A DNA stretch of 64,000 bases from Leptolyngbya sp. BL-A-14 (GCA_041937185.1 CP166621.1:2196571-2260570); one strand, 5' to 3'; positions 10,677-21,465 are shown, counted from the stretch's first letter. Notes: generated by a model from the letters alone, not told the origin. Numbers and translations are program-made.

Positions 10677-10854
10677 AGCGCTATTCAGATCTTCCCAAAG
10701 ACATTGTTGCTCCGGTAGAGCGGCTTCGGATGGGGATCTGGTGTAGGGTCATGCCTGAAGTGGAATAGAAACAATTGCATTGGCGCTGTAGGAGCGATCG
10801 CGCTTAAACTGGGGGTAATAACGCAAGCACCCTCCCGATTGAAGAAATCCCAGC

Positions 10855-11922
10855 ATGCAAGTCCTTTTTAACGTCATCAGACAAGACAAGACCTCGACCC
10901 CGAAGGTTGAAACCTTTAAGCTCGATGTTGATCCCGGCAGCACTATCTTAGACTGCTTAAATCGCATCAAATGGGAGCAGGACGGCACGCTGGCGTTTCG
11001 CAAAAATTGCCGCAACACAATCTGTGGTAGCTGCTCAATTCGCATCAATGGTCGCTCTGCTCTGGCCTGTAAAGAAAATGTCGGCAGTGAACTTGCCCGC
11101 TTGCAGCAAGCCATGCCTGCCAAACTAGCAGATGCCCCAACCCCTGACGCTGAAAGCATACCCACCATCACCCTGGCACCCATGGGCAACATGCCAGTGA
11201 TTAAGGATCTGGTGGTAGACATGCACAGCTTTTGGAACAATCTCAAGGCGATCGATCCCTACGTCAGCACCGCTGCCCGACAGGTTCCAGAACGTGAGTT
11301 TTTGCAAACCCCGGAGGAGCGAGCGAAACTCAATCAGACAGGCAATTGCATCCTTTGTGGTGCTTGCTATTCCGAATGTAACGCCTACGAAGTGAATCCC
11401 AACTTTGTGGGACCGCATGCACTTGCCAAAGCGTATCGGATGGTCGCTGACTCACGTGACGAAAAAACAGAGGCACGGTTAGAAAAATACGACCACGGCA
11501 CAGATGGTGTTTGGGGCTGCACACGCTGCTACTACTGCAATTCTGTCTGCCCGATGGAAGTTGCGCCTCTCGATCAAATCAGCAAAATTAAAGGCGAAAT
11601 TCTAGACTTCAAGGATGCCCAGTCCAGTCGTTCGATTCGTCACCGTAAAACACTTATTGAATTGGTCAAGCAAGGTGGTTGGATTGATGAGCGCCTATTT
11701 GGCCTCAAAGTGGTCGGCAATTCCTTCCGCGATCTAAGGGGACTCGCAAGTTTGGGTCCTCTGGGGTTACGCATGATCGCAAAGGGCAAATTTCCGCTCA
11801 GTTTCGAGCCGTCTGAGGGTGCCGCTACTGTACGATCGCTCATTGACGCTGTACAAACCTTAGAAGCCTCTCAAGTGCAGCTTGAAACCCTTGCTGAAAC
11901 GCGTGAACCTGTTGGCGGTTAA
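10855..11922 (+). CDS. sdhB: succinate dehydrogenase / fumarate reductase iron-sulfur subunit
   Basis: Three Fe-S cysteine clusters (CGSCSIRINGRSALAC; CILCGACYSEC; CTRCYYCNSVCP); 355 aa with a C-terminal extension. Confidence 0.85.
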   Translation: MQVLFNVIRQDKTSTPKVETFKLDVDPGSTILDCLNRIKWEQDGTLAFRKNCRNTICGSCSIRINGRSALACKENVGSELARLQQAMPAKLADAPTPDAESIPTITLAPMGNMPVIKDLVVDMHSFWNNLKAIDPYVSTAARQVPEREFLQTPEERAKLNQTGNCILCGACYSECNAYEVNPNFVGPHALAKAYRMVADSRDEKTEARLEKYDHGTDGVWGCTRCYYCNSVCPMEVAPLDQISKIKGEILDFKDAQSSRSIRHRKTLIELVKQGGWIDERLFGLKVVGNSFRDLRGLASLGPLGLRMIAKGKFPLSFEPSEGAATVRSLIDAVQTLEASQVQLETLAETREPVGG

Positions 11923-11946
11923 TCCCGTAGCGTGTCTTATGAGTCG

Positions 11947-12471
11947 CTAACGGTTCATTGACGAATCCGGTAGAGCATCTAATGGCTGTCCATCCCGGTT
12001 GTACAGCACCACATCCCACTGACCATTAACGCTGGACTCAAACGCAATTGTGTCACCATCTGCCGTGATGGTAGGATTTCGCACTTCTGCTCTCACGTTT
12101 TCGGTGAGGTTGCGAAGCTGTTGCGTGTCACGGTTGTACAGGTAAATACCCGATCGCCCCTCGCGAGAACCTGTAAACACAATATAACGACCATTTTCTG
12201 AGATACCAGGGCTGGAGACAATCATGTCGATCGCGTTCAATCCTGGCAAATCCACCAGGTTGTGAATCACCATGTCGTAAAGATAAAGATTCTGACTGCC
12301 GCTGCGATCAGACACAAACACGATATAGCGACCCGAAATACGAGGTTTCAGGTCAGAAAAATTACTGTTTAGACTGCGACCACCTGGATCAAAGGGAAAA
12401 TTGACCAATTGTGGGCCACAGCCACTCAAAACACTAGCTAGAAGCAGAATTAGGAGCAGGCGAAGCTTCAC
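11947..12471 (-). CDS. TolB-like PD40 beta-propeller lipoprotein
   Basis: Lipobox LSGC after a signal peptide; PD40/WD40-like repeats; likely GTG start at 12471, because the upstream part of the ORF is a translated heptamer array. Confidence 0.55.
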   Translation of the reverse strand: MKLRLLLILLLASVLSGCGPQLVNFPFDPGGRSLNSNFSDLKPRISGRYIVFVSDRSGSQNLYLYDMVIHNLVDLPGLNAIDMIVSSPGISENGRYIVFTGSREGRSGIYLYNRDTQQLRNLTENVRAEVRNPTITADGDTIAFESSVNGQWDVVLYNRDGQPLDALPDSSMNR

Positions 12472-12612
12472 AGAAACGTGGGGGCTAGGGAAGTAAAGCA
12501 GGGGATGCGGAGGGAGCAAGGGGAGCGGAGGAAGGAATTTTAAGCGCATTACGCCGCTACATCAGGGAGTTTGGAGTTCTCTCCGTCCTTCTACCGTCCA
12601 CCTTGAGCACCT

Positions 12613-13233
12613 TTAAGGTGCAGATGAAAGCCGCGATCGCATATTGTCAGGCAAGTCTGATTCTACATTGGGACCGCGATCCATCACTTCAATATCCCAC
12701 TGCCCCCGCACAGCCGTCTCAAAAGCAACGTAGCGACCGTCAGGGCTAATGCTCGGATTGCGAAACCAACCGCGATAGTTAGCGGTGAGTACTTGCGGCT
12801 GCTGGAGCGCTCGATCGTAGAGTTCAATTTCAGGCCGCACACTGTCGCTCGTTACATAAACAATGTAGCGCCCTGTATAGCTAAGGCTGGGAGATTCTGC
12901 GATCGCGTTCTGACGGTTAAGGCGAGGGAGCATCACCATCTGCCGTTGCGTCCGATCGTAAAGCAAAATACCACGATTGCCATCACGGTTGGAGACAAGC
13001 GCCAAAAAACGACCGTCTCCACTAAGGGCGGGTTGCTCATCATTATGACGACTGTCGAATGCCGCAGAAACCGTTGGTGGTAGCTCCTCTTGCGCGCAAG
13101 CAACCAGCAGCAAAACAACAACAATGAGGCGAATACTACCTTTAAAAAACTCGCCTCTCCCCAAAAACCTGCGAAACACTACCGCAGCCATGTTCAAAAG
13201 CATTCTTGAACTAGCTGGTTCTCTCGTACACAA
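12613..13233 (-). CDS. TolB-like PD40 beta-propeller lipoprotein (tandem paralog)
   Basis: Signal peptide with LVAC lipobox; PD40 repeat segments (SPDGRYVAFE); exact start uncertain. Confidence 0.55.
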   Translation of the reverse strand: MCTREPASSRMLLNMAAVVFRRFLGRGEFFKGSIRLIVVVLLLVACAQEELPPTVSAAFDSRHNDEQPALSGDGRFLALVSNRDGNRGILLYDRTQRQMVMLPRLNRQNAIAESPSLSYTGRYIVYVTSDSVRPEIELYDRALQQPQVLTANYRGWFRNPSISPDGRYVAFETAVRGQWDIEVMDRGPNVESDLPDNMRSRLSSAP

Positions 13234-13259
13234 AGTTGCTTCACAACGTTATGAAGCCT

Positions 13260-14048
13260 CTAATAGCTGCCCCAGTTATCCTCTTCATCGGTATCGACTG
13301 GGCGATAATCCACATACTCAGAGGGCGGGGCACCATTACGAGATTCAGAGCGGCGATCGCGGGAAGAAAAACTGTCGTCCGAGGAGGGGCGGGAGCGTCT
13401 TGGGCGCGAGGACGGCGACTGATTGCCTGATGAGCGGGAGGGCGATGATCCACGGCTACGAGAGGGCTTATCATCCCAAAGGTCAGAGTCTTCGCGGCTA
13501 CCGCCGATCGAATCAATGGAATCATCCGATGTACGAGGACGACGCTTGCGAGGACGATCGCTCGTGCCTGTGCCTAGGCGAGCTTCACCCGTACGGCTAG
13601 TGGGACGGCGACGTGGCTCTTCATCGTACTCATCTCGCTCAGAGCGCACATCACGCGTTCCACGAATACGACGAGCAGCAGGACGTTCCTCGTAGGGATT
13701 CAACTCTTCCAAATCTGCTCGATACACCCGACTCACAGGACGGTCGTCATCCACGATCGGTGTATTGCGCTTTGCTTGCTCGGTCGCTGCACCACGAAGA
13801 CGGATGCTTTCGTAGGCGAAGAAGATTGCGGTACCTGCCAGCAAGAACTGGTTAAATTGCAAAATGGGGTCAAGCCGCCAACCCTGAAAAAAGAGGATGC
13901 CGCCGCAGAGAAGCGCAATGGCTGCAAAGAAGATATCGTGGTCGCGAGCAAGCCGAGGACGTAGCGATCGCAACGCATATAGACCAGCCCCTGACGCTGC
14001 CAGCGCTATGCCTACAAAACTCGCCCAATTCAGTGAGGCGTTTACCAT
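13260..14048 (-). CDS. ycf66: Ycf66 family protein
   Basis: N-terminal Ycf66 membrane domain (ASFVGIALAASGAGLYALR ... FFQGWRLDPILQF); long R/S/D-rich disordered C-terminal tail. Confidence 0.7.
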   Translation of the reverse strand: MVNASLNWASFVGIALAASGAGLYALRSLRPRLARDHDIFFAAIALLCGGILFFQGWRLDPILQFNQFLLAGTAIFFAYESIRLRGAATEQAKRNTPIVDDDRPVSRVYRADLEELNPYEERPAARRIRGTRDVRSERDEYDEEPRRRPTSRTGEARLGTGTSDRPRKRRPRTSDDSIDSIGGSREDSDLWDDKPSRSRGSSPSRSSGNQSPSSRPRRSRPSSDDSFSSRDRRSESRNGAPPSEYVDYRPVDTDEEDNWGSY

Positions 14049-14466
14049 CGCATCCCTCTCCTAGTTACATCCTATGTTAACGACTGATGCCCAAATTCTC
14101 CAACCCCTCGGTTGAGAAAGAGAACTCCATCCAGGATACCCTTAGAGCACCTTAATCGGTATAGTGCCTTTCTGTCTTAAGTAAAGGCTCACATTCTTTT
14201 TGAAGCGCAGCACCATCTTTGAAGCGCGGCACCATCAGGCACCATCAATGACCTATTCGTGTGGCTGCATTCGCTAATCGCCTAAAGTCAAAACCCCGGA
14301 AACATCTCAAAAGCAGGCAGAATGCCTATTTCAGAGTGGTCCAGGGCTTTTCAACTTGCTTATTAAAGCTATCTGTGCGTTGAGGCTGTCCATACAGAAG
14401 GACATTCCATGTACCAATGCAGGCACCTTCATTGCACCAGAATCTAGGAACGATGAATCTTTTTAA

Positions 14467-14580
14467 CTAACGTTGAATCTGATCTTTTTGGCTAATGAAA
14501 AGGAGGCCACCGAAGATGCCGCCGACTACAATGGCACCTGCCAACAGGCTGATGAAAAAGTTCATTAAAGCAGGGGTCAT
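14467..14580 (-). CDS. psbX: photosystem II reaction-centre protein X
   Basis: 37-aa ORF MTPALMNFFISLLAGAIVVGGIFGGLLFISQKDQIQR matches the PsbX consensus (MTPSL...FISQKD.IQR); it is below the ORF-track length cutoff, so I translated it by hand. Confidence 0.8.
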   Translation of the reverse strand: MTPALMNFFISLLAGAIVVGGIFGGLLFISQKDQIQR

Positions 14581-14768
14581 AGATTAATGTTCCTCGTTGT
14601 ATAACGCGATCGTCATCATAATCTTAGCGGTCTGTTACGCACTTGAGAAGCAGGTTGGGCAAAAGGTTTCTGGATGAGGCTCACCGTTTCATTGTCGGGT
14701 TGGGGCAGAAATGGCGCTAAAATTGATGAGAAAGCTGTTTACATCGCTTCAAACTTATCGGTTGAGCT

Positions 14769-15071
14769 ATGGATTTGATGACGATCGCCTCTTGGACGCT
14801 GAGTCTTGTACTGGGCATCATGACGTTTCTCTTTATCTTTCGCATTGTGCTGACCTGGTACCCACAGGTCGATCTCACTCGCTTTCCCTTTAATGTGATT
14901 GCGGTGCCGACTGAGCCGTTTCTAGCGACATCCCGTAAAATCGTGTCGCCAATCGGTGGTGTTGACATTACACCAATTATTTGGGTCGGCATCATGAGCT
15001 TCTTGCGCGAAATTCTTCTCGGTCAGCAGGGGCTTTTGACCATGATGATGATGGATGGGAAGGGGTTTTAG
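14769..15071 (+). CDS. YGGT family membrane protein (Ycf19-like)
   Basis: 100-aa two-TM protein with the YGGT-family pattern (IFRIVLTWYPQVDL ... PIIWVGIM). Confidence 0.8.
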   Translation: MDLMTIASWTLSLVLGIMTFLFIFRIVLTWYPQVDLTRFPFNVIAVPTEPFLATSRKIVSPIGGVDITPIIWVGIMSFLREILLGQQGLLTMMMMDGKGF

Positions 15072-15184
15072 GGGTGAGGGATGAGAGAAGAAGGCTAAAG
15101 GATGAAGGCTAAAGGCTAAAAAGCTGACCGCTGACTGCTCCTGAACTCAGAACTCAAAACTCAAAACTCCTCTCCCCTCGCCCT
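15061..15184. repeat. STRR-like heptamer repeat cluster
   Basis: GGATGAG, GGCTAAA, GAACTCA and AAAACTC heptamer runs between ycf19 and accC. Confidence 0.8.
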
Positions 15185-16549
15185 TCACCCTTTCGCGTCC
15201 TGCTCTTTTTGCATCATTTGTTCGACGAAGTTCGTATAGATGTCGCCTTTTTGGAACTCTGGAGTATCCAGAATGCGTTGATGAAAACCGATCGTGGTGG
15301 GTAAGCCTGTGACAGCACATTCACGAAGCGCGCGGCGCATGCGTCGGATGGCGGCTGGGCGATCACTGCCCCAAACAATTAGCTTGCCAATCAACGAGTC
15401 GTAGTAGGGCGGAATTTCGTAATCGGTATAAACATGGGAGTCCATGCGTACGCCAGGACCACTGGGCGGAAGGTAGCCACTGATGCGTCCAGGGTTGGGG
15501 CGGAAGTTGTGATCAGGGTCTTCGGCATTGATGCGGCATTCGATCGCGTGTCCCCGCAATACGACCTCGTCTTGCGTGATGCTGAGCGCTTCACCCTGCG
15601 CGATCCGAATTTGCTCTGCGATTAAATCTAGACCTGTGATCATTTCTGTCACGGGATGCTCTACCTGAATTCGGGTATTCATCTCCATGAAGTAAAATTC
15701 GCCAGACTGGTCAAGCAAAAATTCAACTGTACCGGCACCGACATAGTTGATTGATTTCGCTGCCATGACGGCGGCAGTCCCCATTTTTTCGCGCAGGATG
15801 GGTGTTAAGGCTGGGCTGGGTGCTTCTTCTAACAATTTTTGGTGGCGACGCTGAATCGAACATTCTCGCTCACCCAGATGGATCACGTTGCCATGCATAT
15901 CGGCAAGAATTTGAAACTCGATGTGGCGAGGCTTTTGCACAAACTTTTCAAGGTAAACACCGGGGTTGCCAAACGCTGCTTCGGCTTCTCCCTGGGCTGC
16001 TGCAAAAAGCTTCGCTAAATCGCTCTCATCGCGAACCAGTCGCATACCTCGTCCACCACCACCGGCGGTTGCTTTGATGATGATTGGGTAACCAATTTTA
16101 TGCGCGATCGCCCGTGCTTCGGCTTCGTCGGTCAGTAAGCCTGCACTGCCAGGCACCGTTGGCACACCGACTTGCTGCATCGTCTTTTTGGCTGTTGATT
16201 TATCGCCCATCGCTCGAATTGAGTCAGGCGAGGGGCCAATAAAGGCGATCTGGTGATCGGCACAAATCTCGGCAAAGCGGGCGTTTTCTGCCAGAAAGCC
16301 ATAGCCAGGATGAATGGCGGTTGCATTGCGAGTCAGTGCCGCCGCAATAATGTTAGGAATGTTTAGATAACTCTTACTGCTGGGTGGTTCCCCAATACAA
16401 ACTGCTTCGTCAGCAAGCTGTACATGGAGCGAATGGCGATCGACCGTCGAATGAACCGCAACTGTCGCAATCCCCATCTCCTCACAGGTTCGAAGAATCC
16501 GAAGGGCAATTTCACCACGGTTAGCAATCAAAACTTTTGAAAACTGCAT
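15185..16549 (-). CDS. accC: acetyl-CoA carboxylase biotin carboxylase subunit
   Basis: 454 aa; ATP-grasp biotin carboxylase sequence ([14 protein letters not shown] ... GGGGRGMR ... [14 protein letters not shown]). Confidence 0.93.
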   Translation of the reverse strand: MQFSKVLIANRGEIALRILRTCEEMGIATVAVHSTVDRHSLHVQLADEAVCIGEPPSSKSYLNIPNIIAAALTRNATAIHPGYGFLAENARFAEICADHQIAFIGPSPDSIRAMGDKSTAKKTMQQVGVPTVPGSAGLLTDEAEARAIAHKIGYPIIIKATAGGGGRGMRLVRDESDLAKLFAAAQGEAEAAFGNPGVYLEKFVQKPRHIEFQILADMHGNVIHLGERECSIQRRHQKLLEEAPSPALTPILREKMGTAAVMAAKSINYVGAGTVEFLLDQSGEFYFMEMNTRIQVEHPVTEMITGLDLIAEQIRIAQGEALSITQDEVVLRGHAIECRINAEDPDHNFRPNPGRISGYLPPSGPGVRMDSHVYTDYEIPPYYDSLIGKLIVWGSDRPAAIRRMRRALRECAVTGLPTTIGFHQRILDTPEFQKGDIYTNFVEQMMQKEQDAKG

Positions 16550-16589
16550 CTCTATAAACTTTGGTTCTGTATTGAGTAGAATAGACGCT

Positions 16590-16800
16590 TCTGTGGGGCA
16601 CTGGAAGAGGAGAGTGGGGAGTAGGGAGTAGGGAGTAGGGAAGAAATTTGAGTTTTGAATTGTAAGTAGGCTGTGAAGTTCGGGCGTTCGGAGTCAGAAG
16701 ACCTCTGAGTTTGAGACGATTGATCATGCAGGTTTGCCTAACTCTGTTTCCTACTTTTTCCCTTTGCCTTTCCTTCGCAAACAACCAACAACCAACAACT
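16590..16800. repeat. STRR-like heptamer repeat cluster
   Basis: GGGAGTA x4, GAGTTTT, CAACAAC runs. Confidence 0.75.
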
Positions 16801-16801
16801 A

Positions 16802-17515
16802 CTACTGCTCCCCGCACTTACAGCTATCCTTCAGTTGGTGCATCACAGCAGGGGCAAGTCCGCCCCAGAGAGGAGTGTTAACGCCAGCCGATCGCAATCC
16901 TTCAGCCGTCCAGGAGTTGCAAGTTTTGAACATGGAGTAGTGTCCGGTGGCAGCGTAGAAGCTACTATCGCCATCACGTCCACTGCTAATCCGTTCTTGC
17001 TCCTGACCGTTAGTCTGAAAGGAGGCTTCGAGAAAGTGCATAAGCTTCAAGTAATGAGCTTGATCCAGGCTGATGCACCGAAGGGTTTCGTTGGGGTAGT
17101 GGGGAACAGAGGTGTGTCCTTTGACGAAGAGAGCGGCGGCGTTTTGCAGCAGAAGCGATCGCAGTGCGCTAGAAATGCTGATCTTATCCCAGGATGGTGT
17201 TTCAACGTAAAAGATGCGATCGCCCCAGCCAAACTGGAGATACCGATATGTTTCTGGTGCGCTTTTACCCAACGTGGCTAAGTTGAGGTGCTGGTTCCAG
17301 TCGAAGGCATCGTTGCGGACGGGCACAAAAAGATTTGTGTGCATCATGTCGCCCGATACATAGATTCTAAATTTGCAGTCTGCCGGGGGCGGCGACAGCT
17401 GCCACTGTCGAGGAGTGAGAGCGGCGATCGCAAAGAGGGCGAGCGTTCCTGCAATGCCACAAAATCCGTATAACCCTGCCTGTCCAACCCGCCTCCAAAC
17501 GCCCCTGTCGTTCAT
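16802..17515 (-). CDS. conserved hypothetical protein (possibly TIGR02117/DUF2459 family)
   Basis: 237-aa ORF with an N-terminal signal/TM segment; family assignment from memory only. Confidence 0.5.
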   Translation of the reverse strand: MNDRGVWRRVGQAGLYGFCGIAGTLALFAIAALTPRQWQLSPPPADCKFRIYVSGDMMHTNLFVPVRNDAFDWNQHLNLATLGKSAPETYRYLQFGWGDRIFYVETPSWDKISISSALRSLLLQNAAALFVKGHTSVPHYPNETLRCISLDQAHYLKLMHFLEASFQTNGQEQERISSGRDGDSSFYAATGHYSMFKTCNSWTAEGLRSAGVNTPLWGGLAPAVMHQLKDSCKCGEQ

Positions 17516-17785
17516 TACTGCGCCAAACGTGTTGAGTTAACCTACCATTGAGCAAACGAGGCTTATGATTAAGCGACGTTAGACTGCGTATTGCATCAGA
17601 AATATGATCTAATTGGCACTATCTTCTGACTGCTCTTGCCAGCTTGCTTGCAACCCGTTCAGAAGGGTAAGGCAGTCCATTAACGTCTATCCTACGCTGA
17701 TTCGCGATCGCATGATTGCACGCCTGACCAGTAGGGTGTTTGTATAGCCTGTGTTCTCTAGCCTGTTATTTTTTGTGGCCTGACT

Positions 17786-19312
17786 ATGGTGAAACAACGG
17801 CTTTTTCTTGGATCGGTTGCCTTTGGTCTTAGCTTTGGCATTAGCTTCCTGACAGGTCGTGATCTGGGTCGGGCGATCGCGTCAGGGGCAACGACAGCGG
17901 TGGTGTCAGTCGCGGCGGCGGCAGTCGTCGATCGACAGTACTACCAGCAGGCACATACACGCATCGCCGACCTTAAAAGCCATATTCACGCTTTGCAGCA
18001 ACGGCGCGCCGAAGCCTATCAAGCGTATATGCAGCTTGAAGCGGAGAGAGAACAGTTGGCAGCCAGTTTCCAAACCCTTGCGTTTGAGCCCCATCAGTCC
18101 CAATTTCCCCCTCAGCCCCAGTTTGGCAGCGTACAGCTTCCCAGAGCGCTTCCTGCGGCACGTAAAGCGCTGAGTTGGGATTTATCAGCTTCGGCTCAGG
18201 TTGAGCCCTCGATCGTCGTGAAGCCTTATGACCTGCCAACAGAGATTCCTGCTGAACGGCAATCGCCCTGGAATCAATCAGAAGGCGGGCCATCAGAGGG
18301 AGCAACGCCGCAGCAAGTCTTTTCTGAAGCAACTGCAACCAAGCAAAAAATTGAAGCCAGTCTTGCGGCACTTCAAGCTGAACTGAGCCAGATCAAAGGG
18401 CAAATTACCGACCATCGCCAAACGCGGGAAAAGCTCTCGCGGGATGTTGCCAATATCAGGGAAGAAAAACGTCAACTGGAAGCAACCGCCAAAACCCTGA
18501 AGGGCGAAGTGGAGGAATTAGAAACCTGTCGGGTTGAGCTAGAGCAGTTTTTGACTGATGCCGAGGCGAAGAAGCGAGAGCTAGAAACAGGTTCAAATCC
18601 CCTTCAAGAAGCCTTTAAGCAATTACAAACCCAGGTTGTTGCCTTACAAGAAGAACTGCGCGTTTTGGAAGCTCAAATTCTCGATCGTCGCAGCCAAAAA
18701 GAAGCGCTCGAACAACAGTTAGCCATGCTTGCCGCTGTTCCGTTAGATGCGCAAGGAGCCTTACAGCTTGAGTTAAACGGACAGCAACGAAGCGATAACA
18801 CAGCCACGAACGGCAATGGCAAGAACGCTAAGACTAACGATCCAATGGCGATCGCTCTTCAAACTGAGCGTTCAAAGCCAACCCCTCCATCCAAGCAACC
18901 TGTATTATCCCGCAAGCCTGCTGTCATCACAAAGCCAACAGACGAGCCCTCACTGTCGCGATCGACCCAGGCTGGAACAGCCACGCTTCCATCCAAGGCG
19001 GTTACTGCTGACCCAGCAACTGACCTGCCTCAGGAATGGGCAGACCTGATCATGCAATTGCCAGAATATGAGCTACAAGCGCTGAAGGTCATTGCCGAGC
19101 AGAACAACCCTGCTGCCGCACTTAAACAGCTTGCGGAAGATAATTTGACCATGCCAGAGCTATTGATTGACTCGATCAATGAACATGCCCTGGAAACGAT
19201 CGGCGACCTTCTGATTGATGCCAACGCTGGTGCAGGCTCAGCGACGATCGTCCGTGAGCATCTCAAGCAGGTGAAAAAGATCCTGAGAACGTATGACAAT
19301 CTGGCTCACTGA
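17786..19312 (+). CDS. membrane-anchored coiled-coil protein
   Basis: 508 aa; N-terminal TM segment, long heptad-like Q/E/L/A-rich coiled-coil region, globular C-terminus. Confidence 0.55.
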   Translation: MVKQRLFLGSVAFGLSFGISFLTGRDLGRAIASGATTAVVSVAAAAVVDRQYYQQAHTRIADLKSHIHALQQRRAEAYQAYMQLEAEREQLAASFQTLAFEPHQSQFPPQPQFGSVQLPRALPAARKALSWDLSASAQVEPSIVVKPYDLPTEIPAERQSPWNQSEGGPSEGATPQQVFSEATATKQKIEASLAALQAELSQIKGQITDHRQTREKLSRDVANIREEKRQLEATAKTLKGEVEELETCRVELEQFLTDAEAKKRELETGSNPLQEAFKQLQTQVVALQEELRVLEAQILDRRSQKEALEQQLAMLAAVPLDAQGALQLELNGQQRSDNTATNGNGKNAKTNDPMAIALQTERSKPTPPSKQPVLSRKPAVITKPTDEPSLSRSTQAGTATLPSKAVTADPATDLPQEWADLIMQLPEYELQALKVIAEQNNPAAALKQLAEDNLTMPELLIDSINEHALETIGDLLIDANAGAGSATIVREHLKQVKKILRTYDNLAH

Positions 19313-20421
19313 ATACACCTACCTTGAGTCAGGTTAGCCTCGCTTAGTGCTTAGTAGAAGATGATAAAGTGGTTTTTAGGAGATGGTTTAAGCCATAGAC
19401 AACAAAGAAATTGATGAGTCCGTTTGTCGGCTCATTATTGTGTAGTGGGAAATCTTTGCTCTCTGCGATTGGTAGAATCCATTCCCATCCTTTAAAGTCG
19501 GCTTTGAAGACATTGACTAACCCAATTGGTACAAATCTGGTCTTTCCGTCTGCTTTCCCCAAATTCTCAACTTGTGTAAAGATACTCTGTCAAAGAAGCC
19601 AACATAGTTTAACTCGCTTTTGACTTCTTGGATTTACAGAAATAGTTGTGTTGAAGGGGATCAACAAGGCACCGACAAGATGATGTGCGCTTTCCATTCC
19701 CCCAACGGCTCGTCATTTTTCCTCTTCTAGCACTAAAATAACGCGATGTGCTTGCTAGACTTAAACAGCTCTAGACTTAAACAGTTACAGTTAGTTCCTC
19801 AAACTGCGAAGGATTACTACTACAGCGGTTGAGCTATTGATAGGCGATGTGGTCAGCAGTTTACGCTCACTTTGCTTGTGAAGATTTAGTTGCACACCGC
19901 GTGATATACTTCGGTTCTTAATCGTTAGTTCTATTTGATAAAAGCTGTATACTCATTAGCGTTTCTCCGATGGATGAGATAGAGGTGGGAGGTGCAGGGC
20001 AGCGATTTGAGCCTCTGGGTGTACCTCACGCTAGCCGGAAACGCTATACACTTTTCTAAGCTTGTGTCTTTCAAAATGAGAAACCTGATTCATGAGATTT
20101 TGAGAGTTCCACCCTCTAATTTAAGATTTCTGTAAAAATAAGCTGCTTAAAGAAAAGTTCTAAATAGCTGTCTTAGGGCAGTTACTGCAAGGGATTTGCT
20201 TACTCTATTTTGCAAGTTGTTTAGTACCAACCAGTTACTAATTATAGTGGTAAACATATTGACTACAATTGTGGGTTATTTAGCTATGCATGCAACATAA
20301 CTAGAATTCAGAGCTTTAGCAGTTCCAACTGCTCACTTTTTATCTTTAAAGAGGTCTATTGTTCGTACTCAAGCCTTACCCTAGTTATGTGAAGTAATGA
20401 TTAGAAAAGTCGGGTCCTAGA

Positions 20422-21465
20422 ATGCTAGATAATAAAGTTCAGGGTGAGCCTAAATTAAAGGACAGCCAAAACAAAAAAAGAAAGCTAGTGATTCTCATTC
20501 CTATATTTAACGATTGGGAAGCACTAGAGGAGCTGTTGCTATTAATTGACGAAATCGGTACTCCGCAAGAATATAATTTGGAGATTCTTATAGTTGATGA
20601 TTACTCAACGAAACCTTTACCTGAATCACTAGCCTATCGAAAGTATCGGCAACTTCAAACCGTTAATATCCTTCGGTTACGTCGAAACCTTGGGCACCAG
20701 AGAGCCATTGCAGTTGGTTTATGTTACATACACGACAATTTAAGTTGTAGTGTAGTTGTCGTGATGGATGGTGATGGAGAAGACAATCCCTTCGAAATAG
20801 TGCGATTACTGGAAGCCCTCAACAGAAGTGTTGGTGATAGCATTATTTTTGCAAAGCGGAGTAAGCGGTCTGAAAACTGTACATTTAGATTATTTTATTT
20901 TGCGTATAAAATAATTTATTGGTTGCTTACAGGGCGAGATAGCAGCGTTGGCAATTTCAGTTTACTGCCGGGTTCCTTGTTAAGAAATATCGTGGTTATT
21001 TCAGAACTTTGGAATCATTATTCCGCAAGTATTTATCGTTCTAAAATCCCTTATATTGAAGTCAATGTTCCTCGATCAAAGCGATTGGCTGGACAACCTA
21101 AAATGAGCTTGGTATCCCTTGTGACCCATGGCTTGAGTTCGATAGCGGTATATGGGGATGTTGTTGGTACGAGAATCTTACTGAGTACGTCGTTTCTATC
21201 AGTCTTTCTTTTATTTCTACTGCTTATTGTTTTACTCATTAAGTTGTTTACAAATTGGGGAATTCCAGGGTGGACTACTTACGTTTCAGGCTTACTTATT
21301 CTAGCACTTTTCCAAGTGATCTTAATTGGAACTGTTTTCAGTATGATTATCTTGTCAGCCCGTAACAGTTCTAACTTCCTTCCAATTCGAGACTACAAAT
21401 ATTACGTTGATGGATTCTATACGGTGATTGCATGGAAGAGCTTACATACTCTGGAAAAGAATTGA
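20422..21465 (+). CDS. GT2 polyprenyl-phosphate glycosyltransferase (GtrB/DPM1-like) with C-terminal TM pair
   Basis: GT-A fold motifs (ILIPIFNDWE, IVDDYS, MDGDGED as the DxD motif, RNLGHQRAIAVG) plus two C-terminal TM helices typical of GtrB/ArnC-type enzymes; low-GC island. Confidence 0.8.
   Translation: MLDNKVQGEPKLKDSQNKKRKLVILIPIFNDWEALEELLLLIDEIGTPQEYNLEILIVDDYSTKPLPESLAYRKYRQLQTVNILRLRRNLGHQRAIAVGLCYIHDNLSCSVVVVMDGDGEDNPFEIVRLLEALNRSVGDSIIFAKRSKRSENCTFRLFYFAYKIIYWLLTGRDSSVGNFSLLPGSLLRNIVVISELWNHYSASIYRSKIPYIEVNVPRSKRLAGQPKMSLVSLVTHGLSSIAVYGDVVGTRILLSTSFLSVFLLFLLLIVLLIKLFTNWGIPGWTTYVSGLLILALFQVILIGTVFSMIILSARNSSNFLPIRDYKYYVDGFYTVIAWKSLHTLEKN

Noticed and set aside
13423-13855. Plus-strand ORFs (90 aa, 80 aa) overlapping the ycf66 3' half
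   Set aside because: They are Arg/Ser-rich translations of the low-complexity region, and the Ycf66 N-terminal domain is clear on the minus strand.
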